A program made the position numbers and the translations under genes. A stretch of 64,000 bases of DNA. Origin: an uncultured Eubacteriales bacterium (GTDB lineage Bacteria > Actinomycetota > Coriobacteriia > Anaerosomatales > PHET01). The DNA is taken from positions 145,420-209,419 of the forward strand of contig CAZSLI010000001.1 of assembly GCA_964607705.1 (NCBI GenBank). The letters are read 5' to 3'. Under the pieces are notes generated by a model that was not told the origin of the DNA, did no database searches, and saw nothing but the letters and a program-made list of their open reading frames with translations. This document shows positions 13,991 to 22,121 of the stretch, piece after piece (position 1 is the first letter of the stretch; each line of letters begins with the position of its first letter).

Positions 13991-15250
13991 GTGGCGCGCA
14001 TCTACGAGCGCGTCTGCCTGGTCCACTACCACGAGATCGGCCTCAAGGGCCGCAATCGTTCCGTGTTCGAGCGCCGTCTTCAGGACAACCTGGATGCGGC
14101 GCTTTCGGGTCTTCCGGTAGGCAAGGTGGCCCGCATCCCGTCCCGGCTCGTGGTCCGCGTTTTCGAGCCGGAGCGCATCGAAGAGATCGCCCGGCGCATG
14201 GCTGCCGTCCCCGGGGTGGTCGGTATCTCCCTCGCCTACAAGGCCGAGCTGACGCCTGCGGCGATGGAGGAGGCGGCGATCGCCGTCCTCGGCGATGCAG
14301 GTGCCTTCTCGAGTTTCAAGGTAGAGTCCCGGCGCTCGAACACCGAGTACACCGAGGGCACGCTCGACATGAACCGCCGCATCGGGGCCGTGCTTCAGGC
14401 GCATACCGGAGCGCGTGTGGACCTCACCGATCCGGACGTCACGATCTCGGTGATCGTCACGCAGAAGGACACCTACGTCGCCTCGCGCCGCGTGGTCGGC
14501 GTGGGCGGACTGCCCGTCGGCTCGGCGAGCTCGGTGGTGGCGCTGCTGTCGGCGGGTATCGACTCGCCGGTCGCCGCGTGGCGTCTCATGCGCCGCGGCG
14601 CCACCGTGGTCGGCGTCCACTTCTCCGGCCGTCCCGCCACCAACGACCTCTCCGAGCGGCTCGTGGCCGAGATCGGTGAGGTCCTCGAGCACACCGGAGG
14701 CCTCGGGCGAATCTACGTCGTGCCCTTCGGGGAGCTGCAGCGCGAGATCTCGCTCGCGGTCCCGCCGGACCTGCGGGTGTTGATGTATCGCCGGCTCATG
14801 ATCCGGGTCGCCGAGGCGATCGCGTCGGTCGAGCGCGCGAAGGCGCTGGTCACCGGCGAATCCCTCGGCCAGGTGGCGAGCCAGACGCTCGAGAACATAG
14901 CGGCCGTCGACGAGGCTGCGACGCTCCCGGTTCTGCGCCCGCTCATCGGCAGCGACAAGCTCGAGATCATTGGCGACGCGCGAAAGCTGGGCACCTACGA
15001 GATCTCGACGCAGGAACACGCCGATTGCTGCACCCTCTTCATGCCGAGGAACCCTGAGACGCACGCCAAGCTGCATTTCGTACTGAAGGCGTGGCAGGAG
15101 CTGGACGTTGACCGGATGGTCGCCGACGCGCTCGGCTCCCTCGAGTGGCTCGACTTCTCCTGCCCGACGTACCGGCCGCCGAAGCGCTGGCCGACGCCCG
15201 CCGGCGAAGGTGGTTGGAGCGCTGCCAAGCTTGAAGCGCGCGCCGAGTGA
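13991..15250 (+). CDS. thiI: tRNA 4-thiouridine(8) synthase ThiI (THUMP + PP-loop, no rhodanese domain)
   Basis: HYHEIGLKGRNR N-terminus, PP-loop LLSAGIDSPVAAW, C-terminal DCCTLFMPRNPET. Confidence 0.85.
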   Translation: MARIYERVCLVHYHEIGLKGRNRSVFERRLQDNLDAALSGLPVGKVARIPSRLVVRVFEPERIEEIARRMAAVPGVVGISLAYKAELTPAAMEEAAIAVLGDAGAFSSFKVESRRSNTEYTEGTLDMNRRIGAVLQAHTGARVDLTDPDVTISVIVTQKDTYVASRRVVGVGGLPVGSASSVVALLSAGIDSPVAAWRLMRRGATVVGVHFSGRPATNDLSERLVAEIGEVLEHTGGLGRIYVVPFGELQREISLAVPPDLRVLMYRRLMIRVAEAIASVERAKALVTGESLGQVASQTLENIAAVDEAATLPVLRPLIGSDKLEIIGDARKLGTYEISTQEHADCCTLFMPRNPETHAKLHFVLKAWQELDVDRMVADALGSLEWLDFSCPTYRPPKRWPTPAGEGGWSAAKLEARAE

Positions 15251-16353
15251 GCGAGCGGTTCCGGATACTGGCCCTCGAGCCCTATTACGGCGGTAGCCAC
15301 CGGGCTGTGCTCGACGGGCTTGTCGAGCGCATCGACGCCGACTGGACCGTGCTCACGCTGCCCGCCCGCAAGTGGAAGTGGCGGATGAGGGGCTCTGCCA
15401 TCACGATGGCGCGCCAAGCCGCTGCGCTCGCAGAGGTACGGGATACGCCCCAGCCGTTCGACCTTGTGTTCGCGTCGACCTTCCTCAACCTGGCCGAGTT
15501 CCGCGGACTCGCAGGGCCGAGAGTGGCGGCAGTGCCCGCGGTGGTCTACTTCCACGAGAACCAGCTCGTCTACCCCAACCGCCACAGCGCCGACTGGGAC
15601 TACCAGTTCCCGCTCACGAACATCACCACCGCGCTCTCCGCTGACAGCTGCATCTTCAACACGCGCTGGAACCTCGAGCAGTTCGTGGCCGAGATACCCG
15701 GCTTCATGAAGGAGTTCCCGGACCACCGGCCATCCGGTCTCGCCGATTTGATCGCCGAGAAGTCGCGCGTGATCGCGCCGCCGTTCGACCCGGCCCCCTT
15801 CGATACGGCGCCCCCCACTCGCGGCTCACGGTGCCGCATCGCGTGGCCTCACCGCTGGGAGCACGACAAGGACCCGGAGACGTTCTTCCGTGCCGTGTCG
15901 GCACTGGCGTCGGAAGGACTCGACTTCGAGGTGCTCGTCGCGGGCCAGAGCTTCCGCGAGACCGAGGGCCTGATGCGCGACGCCGCCGAAACGCTCGGCG
16001 ACCGGCTCGCTCACTGTGACGAACCTGCGGATCGCGCCGAGTACGCGCGACTCCTGGCCTCGGCCGACGTCGCCGTCTCCACGGCTAACAACGAGTTCTT
16101 CGGTCTCGCCATGGTCGAAGCATGCTACGCGGGCTGTACGCCGCTCGTGCCCGACCGTCTCGCGTACCCCGAGATCTACCCGGCTGGATACCGCTATGGC
16201 GACCTAGATGCGCTCGTCGCCCGACTGCGCGGCTGCGTCGCCGAACGACCCGAGCCGGGCTCGGCCCGGTCGCTGGTCGAGGGCTTCACATTCGACGCGC
16301 TTGTGCCAAAGTATGAATCGGCCTTTGCAGAAGTGGCGGCGGCACGCCGCTAG
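15247..16353 (+). CDS. DUF3524 + GT4 glycosyltransferase (GTDC1/QTMAN family)
   Basis: LEPYYGGSH, LPARKWKWRMRG, YFHENQLVYP (15547-15576), FNT and FPDHRP in the N-terminal half. GT-B 'Glycos_transf_1'-like C-terminal half (NNEFFGLAMVEACYAGCTPLVP). GTG 15247 overlaps the thiI TGA. Confidence 0.75.
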   Translation: MSERFRILALEPYYGGSHRAVLDGLVERIDADWTVLTLPARKWKWRMRGSAITMARQAAALAEVRDTPQPFDLVFASTFLNLAEFRGLAGPRVAAVPAVVYFHENQLVYPNRHSADWDYQFPLTNITTALSADSCIFNTRWNLEQFVAEIPGFMKEFPDHRPSGLADLIAEKSRVIAPPFDPAPFDTAPPTRGSRCRIAWPHRWEHDKDPETFFRAVSALASEGLDFEVLVAGQSFRETEGLMRDAAETLGDRLAHCDEPADRAEYARLLASADVAVSTANNEFFGLAMVEACYAGCTPLVPDRLAYPEIYPAGYRYGDLDALVARLRGCVAERPEPGSARSLVEGFTFDALVPKYESAFAEVAAARR

Positions 16354-16403
16354 TCGCGAAGGCTGCCGGGCCGCGGGTGGCGGCCAACTGTGGGAGGGGA
16401 CTC

Positions 16404-16718
16404 ATGGACGCACTCTCAGGACTGCCGCAGGCTGCGCTCCTCGGCATCGGATCACTCATCATTCTGCAGTTGACGCTGCAGGTCGTCGCTCTCGTGCAGC
16501 TCGTGCGCACTCCGGCCGAGCGCGTCACCATCGGCGGCCGCAAATGGGTCTGGGCGGTGATCATCCTGTTCGGCGAGATCGTTGGACCGCTGATCTGGTT
16601 CTTCGCCGGACGCACTGCCGCGCCGGTGGCCGACGTCGCCCCGAGCGCCCCGGTGTCGGCGCGTGCCGATGACGCCGCCGACGCCCTCTACGGCAAGGCG
16701 CCGCAGGACCAGCAGTGA
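16404..16718 (+). CDS. Small membrane protein with PLD-nuclease N-terminal (PLDc_N) domain
   Basis: RKWVWAVIILFGEIVGPLIWFFAGR. ATG 16404 follows GGGAGGGGA. The alternative track start is 16377. Confidence 0.6.
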   Translation: MDALSGLPQAALLGIGSLIILQLTLQVVALVQLVRTPAERVTIGGRKWVWAVIILFGEIVGPLIWFFAGRTAAPVADVAPSAPVSARADDAADALYGKAPQDQQ

Positions 16719-17635
16719 CCCGCGCGCTCGAGATCCGAGGACTGCGCAAGCGTTTTGGCGACTTCACCGCCCTCGAGGGCATCGACCTGTCGGTCGAAGA
16801 GGGAAGCGTCTACGGGTTCCTCGGCCCCAACGGCGCCGGCAAGACGACCACGCTGCGTATCCTGACCGGGCTCGCTCGCGCTGACGCGGGCTCGGTGTCC
16901 ATCTTCGGCGAGCAGCCGGGAAGCGCTGCCGCGCGGCGTCTTACGGGCTTCCTGCCGGACGTCCCCGGTTTCTACGCCTGGATGACCGCCGAGGAGTTCC
17001 TGCGCTTCGCAGGTGGGCTCTTCGGCTTCGACAAGCCCACGCTCGACGAGCGCGTGCCGCTCTTGCTCGATCTCGCCGGGCTCACCGACGTGCATGCCCG
17101 CGTGGGCGGCTTCTCACGTGGCATGAAGCAGCGGCTCGGGGTCGCCCAGGCGCTCGTGAACGCGCCCCGCCTTCTCATGCTCGACGAGCCGACGAGCGCG
17201 CTCGATCCGCTCGGGCGCAAAGAAGTCCTCGACATGATCACGTCGCTGCGCGGGCGCACCACGGTCTTCTTCTCGACGCACATCCTGGCCGACGTCGAGC
17301 GCGTGTGCGACACGGTCGCCATCCTCGATCACGGGCGCGTGGTCGCCGAGTCCGGCATCGACGAGCTCAAGGAGCGCTATGCCGCACACAAGCTCGTGCT
17401 GGAGGTAGGCGAGGGGAGCGAGGCGTTCTCGCGCACCCTCGCCGAGGAACCCTGGGTGACCACGGTCGCGACAAGCGACGATGGTGCCCTCGAGGTGTCG
17501 GTCACCGATCTCGAGGCTGCCCGGGTCCGCGTGCCGGCGTTGCTGGCTCAGAATGACACCCCCTTGCTGCGCTTCGAGAGCGGCGAGATCTCGCTAGAAG
17601 AAGTCTTCGTCGAGCTCGTGGGAGGTGGGCGCTGA
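16715..17635 (+). CDS. ABC transporter ATP-binding protein
   Basis: Walker A GPNGAGKTT, signature FSRGMKQRL and Walker B LLMLDEP. GTGA overlap with the upstream gene. Confidence 0.9.
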   Translation: MTRALEIRGLRKRFGDFTALEGIDLSVEEGSVYGFLGPNGAGKTTTLRILTGLARADAGSVSIFGEQPGSAAARRLTGFLPDVPGFYAWMTAEEFLRFAGGLFGFDKPTLDERVPLLLDLAGLTDVHARVGGFSRGMKQRLGVAQALVNAPRLLMLDEPTSALDPLGRKEVLDMITSLRGRTTVFFSTHILADVERVCDTVAILDHGRVVAESGIDELKERYAAHKLVLEVGEGSEAFSRTLAEEPWVTTVATSDDGALEVSVTDLEAARVRVPALLAQNDTPLLRFESGEISLEEVFVELVGGGR

Positions 17636-18396
17636 TGCGCGGCTTCTACCGCTTCCTCGGCAAGGAGATCACGGAGTTGTCACGCACGTGGAGGTTGCCC
17701 GTGCTTGGCGGTGTCGCCCTGTTCTTCGCGCTGTCGGGACCGATCTTGGCGCTTCTCACGCCGCAGCTGCTCGAGTCGATGCAGTCGTCGCAGCCGGGCG
17801 TGATCATCCAGGTCCCCGACCCTGTCTTTCGAGACGCTTACGCGCAGTGGATCAAGAACCTCTCGCAGTTGGTCGCCTTCGTCGCGATCATCGCCGCCGC
17901 CGGGTCCATCTCGGGCGAAGTGGCCGGCGGCACGACGACGCTCGTGTTGACCAAGCCGGTATCGCGTGCGGCGTTCGTCGTCTCCAAGGCGGTCGCGCTC
18001 ATCGGCCTGGTGCACGTGGCAGTGGTGGCCGGGACCGTGGTGACTCAGCTCGTCACACTCGCCGTCTTCGGCGAGGCGCCGCCCGGCTTGCTCTGGGGCC
18101 CCGTGGTCGTGTGGCTGCTCTTCGCGGCGTTCCTGATCGCCGCGGCAGTGCTGCTCTCGGCGATCCTACCGACACTTGCCGCCGCAGGCGTAGGCGTGGG
18201 CGTATTCTTCGCGATCTCGCTCGCCGCCCTGTGGGGTCCTCTCGTCGAGTACTCACCGGCCGGGCTCACCTTGGCGCCGAGCGAACTGCTGCTCGGCAAG
18301 GAACCCGCATTGGTCTGGCCGATAGTCACCACGCTCGCGGCGACGGTCGCACTCATCGCCCTTGCGGCGTGGCTGTTCGGCCGGCGAGAGATCTGA
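17635..18396 (+). CDS. ABC-2 type transporter permease
   Basis: About 6 predicted TM helices. ATG overlaps the ATPase stop (TGATG). Confidence 0.7.
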   Translation: MRGFYRFLGKEITELSRTWRLPVLGGVALFFALSGPILALLTPQLLESMQSSQPGVIIQVPDPVFRDAYAQWIKNLSQLVAFVAIIAAAGSISGEVAGGTTTLVLTKPVSRAAFVVSKAVALIGLVHVAVVAGTVVTQLVTLAVFGEAPPGLLWGPVVVWLLFAAFLIAAAVLLSAILPTLAAAGVGVGVFFAISLAALWGPLVEYSPAGLTLAPSELLLGKEPALVWPIVTTLAATVALIALAAWLFGRREI

Positions 18397-18428
18397 CTGC
18401 GGCTACGGCAGGCTAGAGCGCTCGCGAG

Positions 18429-18977
18429 TCAGACGGTGTCGGCGCAGCCGGCGATAGTCGCGGCGACCGCATCGAGCGCGATGTGGTCGAGTTCCACCTC
18501 GGCGACCGCGGCGAAGACCTCCCGAACGCGCTCGTTGGTCGCGCGCGCCGAAGCGTCTGCGTAGAACGCGGAGGCACGCTTCTCGCGCTCGAGTGACGCG
18601 CCGATCCCGGCGCACCAGTCTTCAGGAGCTTCGCCCGGCTGCATGAGGTCTTCAGGCTTCGGCTCCTTGAGCAGCTTGCAGAAGAGCGAGCAGTGCTCCG
18701 CTTCGATGGTGGCGAGCCGCTTGTATGCCGAGGACAACGTGTGGTCGCCGCCAAGGCCTGCCATCGCCCGGTAGAAGCGCGCATTCGAGCGCTCGAGCTC
18801 GACGGCCGCCTCTAGGTCCTCGCGCTCGACTTCGGTGAGCTGGACCTCGTTCTCGGCGGGATCGAAGCCCCCGGGCTCGGCGAGGTAGGCACGATGCGCC
18901 CCGCAGAAGGGGCACTGCGAAGGCGTCTCGTTGCCAAGGTACGTCTCCCCGCATACTCGGCATCTGATCATCTTCAT
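18429..18977 (-). CDS. Rubrerythrin-like protein (N-terminal rubredoxin-type Cys4 + diiron ferritin-like domain)
   Basis: MKMIRCRVCGETY...CPFCG, then two ExxH pairs (EAEH, ELDH) with partner Glu helices. ATG 18977. The track ORF extension to 19562 runs out of frame through the DJ-1 gene. Confidence 0.75.
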   Translation of the reverse strand: MKMIRCRVCGETYLGNETPSQCPFCGAHRAYLAEPGGFDPAENEVQLTEVEREDLEAAVELERSNARFYRAMAGLGGDHTLSSAYKRLATIEAEHCSLFCKLLKEPKPEDLMQPGEAPEDWCAGIGASLEREKRASAFYADASARATNERVREVFAAVAEVELDHIALDAVAATIAGCADTV

Positions 18978-19000
18978 GGCGCTGTCCCTTCCCTTGATCC

Positions 19001-19513
19001 TCAGTCGCCCAGCAAGTCCGCAAGTGCATGGCCGAACGCCTCGGCCGCTTCGGGCCCGTTGGCCGTGACGATGCGGCCCTCGACGGTCACCGGCTCGCCG
19101 GTCCAGAGAGCGCCATGCTCCACCAAGTCGTCCTCCTGGCTGGCGAAGGCCGTGGAAGGGACCCCTGCGAGCAGTCCTGCATGTGCGAGTACGGAAGGGG
19201 CGATGCAGATGGCTCCGAGGACCGCGCCGCGTGTCGCCGCATCGTGCGCCAGCCGGTGGGCGAGGGGGTCGTCGAAGTAGATCTGGGCGCCGCCTCCGCC
19301 GACAAAGACGACAGCATCCCAGGCCACTTGTGTGGCTTCCGTGAGGCTCATGTCTGCTTCGGCCACCAGGCCCAACTTTCCGATACACTTGCCCGCGGTC
19401 ACGCTTGCAACGGTAACGCGCGCCCCGGCGTCCTCGAGGACGGTTCGGGGGTGCGCATACTCTTCGTCGCGAAAGACCTCTGGGGCGATGACCATGAGTA
19501 CTTCGGGTGGCAT
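19001..19513 (-). CDS. DJ-1/PfpI family protein
   Basis: Nucleophile elbow GAICIAPSVLA, 170 aa from ATG 19513. Confidence 0.8.
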   Translation of the reverse strand: MPPEVLMVIAPEVFRDEEYAHPRTVLEDAGARVTVASVTAGKCIGKLGLVAEADMSLTEATQVAWDAVVFVGGGGAQIYFDDPLAHRLAHDAATRGAVLGAICIAPSVLAHAGLLAGVPSTAFASQEDDLVEHGALWTGEPVTVEGRIVTANGPEAAEAFGHALADLLGD

Positions 19514-19623
19514 GGTTCGTGCGTCCTTTCGGGCGAGGGTTCGCTCGTGCGACCACCAGCATATATGAGGCTCGTGCGCGGCCGGCACCGTCACGATCGA
19601 TTCACTGCGAGAGGTGTCAGCAG

Positions 19624-20631
19624 ATGCGTGAGACGCTTGTGCGGGTCCGGGACGTCGTCACCGGCCGCTGGTTCGTTAAGACCGCCTTCTTCGTCTTCTT
19701 CGTGTACGCGTGCGTCCAGCTGTTCAGATTCGCCGCGTGGGCGCGTGGTACAGGGCCGTATGTGCATCGTCCTGAGGCGGCAGCCGGCATCCTTCCCATC
19801 GGGCACTTCACCAGCTTCTTCGCCTGGGTCCGCGGTGGCGGATGGGATACGTACCTACCCGCGGGCCTGGTCATCATCCTCGGTGCTCTCGCCCTGTCCT
19901 TGCTGCTGAAGCGGGGATTCTGTGGATGGATCTGCCCGGTAGGCACCGTCTGGGAGGCGTTCGCCGCGCTCGGCCGCAAGCTGTTGGGCCGCAACTTCGT
20001 GCTCCCGCACTGGCTCGACGTAGCCGGTCGCGCGTTCCGCTACGTGTTGACCGCTGCCTTCATGAGTTTCCTGATCATGGTCCCGGTCGCCGAGGCCACC
20101 GGTTTCAGGACGCTCCCGTACATGTGGGTGGCCGACCTCAAGATCCTGGGTCTCATGATCCAGCCCATCTACATCCTCGTCATTCTCCTCGTGGGTGCGG
20201 TTTCGATGTTCATCGGACCGCTGTGGTGTCGTTACCTGTGTCCGCTGGGCGGCCTCTACTCGGTTGTGGGAATGGCATCGCCTTGCACGATCGAGCGAGA
20301 TCCCGATCTGTGCATCGACTGTCACAAGTGCTCCCGTTCCTGCCATGCGTTCGTGAAGCCTGAGGAGTCGAAGCGACTGCTTGCTCCGGAATGTGACGGC
20401 TGCATGGACTGCGTGAAGGTATGCCCGGTCGACGGATGCCTCGAGGCCAAGGCGTTCTCGCGCGTGCGGATCGCACCGTGGGTCTGGCCGCTGCTCATCG
20501 TGGGCCTGTGGCTCGCGATATGGGGTACCGCCAAGCTGACAGGCAACTGGGACTCTCCCATCCCGCCGGACGCGTTCCGCCAGGTCATCAACTCGGGGCT
20601 CCTCGAGGAGACGACGAAGGGTGGCTTCTAG
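19624..20631 (+). CDS. Membrane 4Fe-4S binding protein (NapH/YccM-like)
   Basis: CGWICPVG and CRYLCPLG membrane motifs plus two ferredoxin motifs, CIDCHKCSRSC and CDGCMDCVKVCP. ATG 19624. Confidence 0.75.
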   Translation: MRETLVRVRDVVTGRWFVKTAFFVFFVYACVQLFRFAAWARGTGPYVHRPEAAAGILPIGHFTSFFAWVRGGGWDTYLPAGLVIILGALALSLLLKRGFCGWICPVGTVWEAFAALGRKLLGRNFVLPHWLDVAGRAFRYVLTAAFMSFLIMVPVAEATGFRTLPYMWVADLKILGLMIQPIYILVILLVGAVSMFIGPLWCRYLCPLGGLYSVVGMASPCTIERDPDLCIDCHKCSRSCHAFVKPEESKRLLAPECDGCMDCVKVCPVDGCLEAKAFSRVRIAPWVWPLLIVGLWLAIWGTAKLTGNWDSPIPPDAFRQVINSGLLEETTKGGF

Positions 20632-20641
20632 TCCCACACGC

Positions 20642-20670
20642 CTCGGCGACGATCGCCGAGTATGTGGTTT
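20642..20670 (+). terminator. Possible terminator hairpin
   Basis: CTCGGCGA-CGA-TCGCCGAG perfect 8-bp stem followed by a TATGTGGTTTG tail that is only partly T-rich. Confidence 0.35.
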
Positions 20671-20710
20671 GCCTGTGTGGACGGTTACGCCCTAGGGCTC
20701 GGTGGTAATA

Positions 20711-20730
20711 TGTGTACAAGTTTGTACACA
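20711..20730. promoter_or_regulatory. Perfect inverted repeat, candidate operator
   Basis: TGTGTACAA-GT-TTGTACACA (9-bp arms) in an AT-richer patch, 38 nt upstream of ATG 20769. Confidence 0.4.
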
Positions 20731-20768
20731 GGGCGCCAGGGGGGCGCCATCTGCCGAGAGGGGCCTAC

Positions 20769-21983
20769 ATGCTCGACGTCACCTTGCGCCGCGACGGAAT
20801 CGACGAGCGAGTCACCGAGTTCCGCGTTCGCCGTGACGGCATGCAGAAAGCCAACCGCTACTTCTACCTTCAACCGACGGTGGGCAAGACCAACAACCGC
20901 GTGACCATGAAGGACGGGCGTGACATGGTCATGCTCGCCTCCTACAGCTACCTCGGACTCATCGGGCACCCCCGGATCGAAGCGGCCGCGCACGAGGCCA
21001 TCGACCGTTATGGGACCGGCGCCGGCGGCGTGCGGCTTCTCACCGGCACGACCGACCTTCATGAAGCCCTCGAGGAGCGCATAGCCAGGTTCTCGAAGCG
21101 CGAGGACGCCTGCGTCTACTCGTCCGGGTACGCCACCAACATGGCGATCATCACCGGGATGACCGGACCGGGCGACCTCGTCCTTATGGACAAGCTCGAC
21201 CATGCGTCCATCGTTGACGGCTGCCTGCTCTCCGGTGCGAAGTGGCACACGTATCGGCACAACGACATGGCGCACCTCGAGAAGCTCTTGCAGCGCTCGC
21301 AGGGCGAATACGGCACCGTGCTGGTCGTCGCAGACTCCGTCTTCTCGATGGACGGCGACATCATGGACCTTCCGACAACGAAGGCGCTGTGTGAACGCTA
21401 CGGCGCACGGCTGATGGTCGATGAGGCACACTCGGTCGGTGCTCTGGGTGCCACGGGGCACGGTATCGAAGAGCACTTCGACATGTATGGGTCGATCGAC
21501 CTCAAGATGGGCACGCTGTCGAAGTCGATCCCGAGCGTCGGCGGCTACTGTGCCGCGAGCAAGGACATCGTCGACTACCTGCGTCACTACTCGCGTCCGT
21601 TCATCTTCTCCGCGGCACTTCCGCCTGCCCAGACTGCTGCCGCGCTCGAGGCATTCAACGTCATCGAGGACGAGCCCGAGCGTGTTGCCGAGTTGCACCG
21701 CATCTCCGCGACCTACGCCGACGGCCTCCGGGCGCAAGGCTGGAACACCATGGATGCCGCGACGTGCGTCGTCCCGGTGCTCGTCGGGGACGAGGCGAAG
21801 ACGATGGACCTCACGCGCATGCTCTTCGATCGCGGCGTGTTCGTGTGCCCGATCGTGCACCCGGCCGTTCCTCGAGGCACCGAGCGTCTTCGGACCTGCC
21901 TCATGGCCACGCACACCGAATACGACATAGACCAGGCGCTGTCGGCATTCGAAGTCGCTGGCAAGGAACTCGGGCTGATCTAG
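20769..21983 (+). CDS. Alpha-oxoamine synthase family PLP enzyme (serine palmitoyltransferase / KBL / BioF-like)
   Basis: SYSYLGL, GAGGVRLLTGT, VDEAHSVGALGATGHG and PLP-lysine motif GTLSKSIPSVGGY. ATG 20769 follows GAGAGGGG. Track start 20712 lies inside the palindrome. Confidence 0.85.
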   Translation: MLDVTLRRDGIDERVTEFRVRRDGMQKANRYFYLQPTVGKTNNRVTMKDGRDMVMLASYSYLGLIGHPRIEAAAHEAIDRYGTGAGGVRLLTGTTDLHEALEERIARFSKREDACVYSSGYATNMAIITGMTGPGDLVLMDKLDHASIVDGCLLSGAKWHTYRHNDMAHLEKLLQRSQGEYGTVLVVADSVFSMDGDIMDLPTTKALCERYGARLMVDEAHSVGALGATGHGIEEHFDMYGSIDLKMGTLSKSIPSVGGYCAASKDIVDYLRHYSRPFIFSAALPPAQTAAALEAFNVIEDEPERVAELHRISATYADGLRAQGWNTMDAATCVVPVLVGDEAKTMDLTRMLFDRGVFVCPIVHPAVPRGTERLRTCLMATHTEYDIDQALSAFEVAGKELGLI

Positions 21984-22009
21984 GGCCGTTGCGCTCTAGC
22001 CGTTCGTCC

Positions 22010-22047
22010 AACGAACCCGCTGCACTAAGGCGGGTTCGTTTTGTTTC
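22010..22047 (+). terminator. Rho-independent terminator
   Basis: AACGAACCCGC-TGCACTAAG-GCGGGTTCGTT followed by TTGTTTCG. Confidence 0.65.
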
Positions 22048-22121
22048 GCCTCAGACGGTCACAGCCGCTATAATCGTGCGCATCGGCGCCGGGGGGCGTC
22101 GATTTCCGACGAGGGGGAACC

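Noticed and set aside
20685-21914. 409-aa minus-strand ORF
   Set aside because: It is antisense to the alpha-oxoamine synthase gene, has no recognisable motifs, and shows the same GC-driven artefact pattern.
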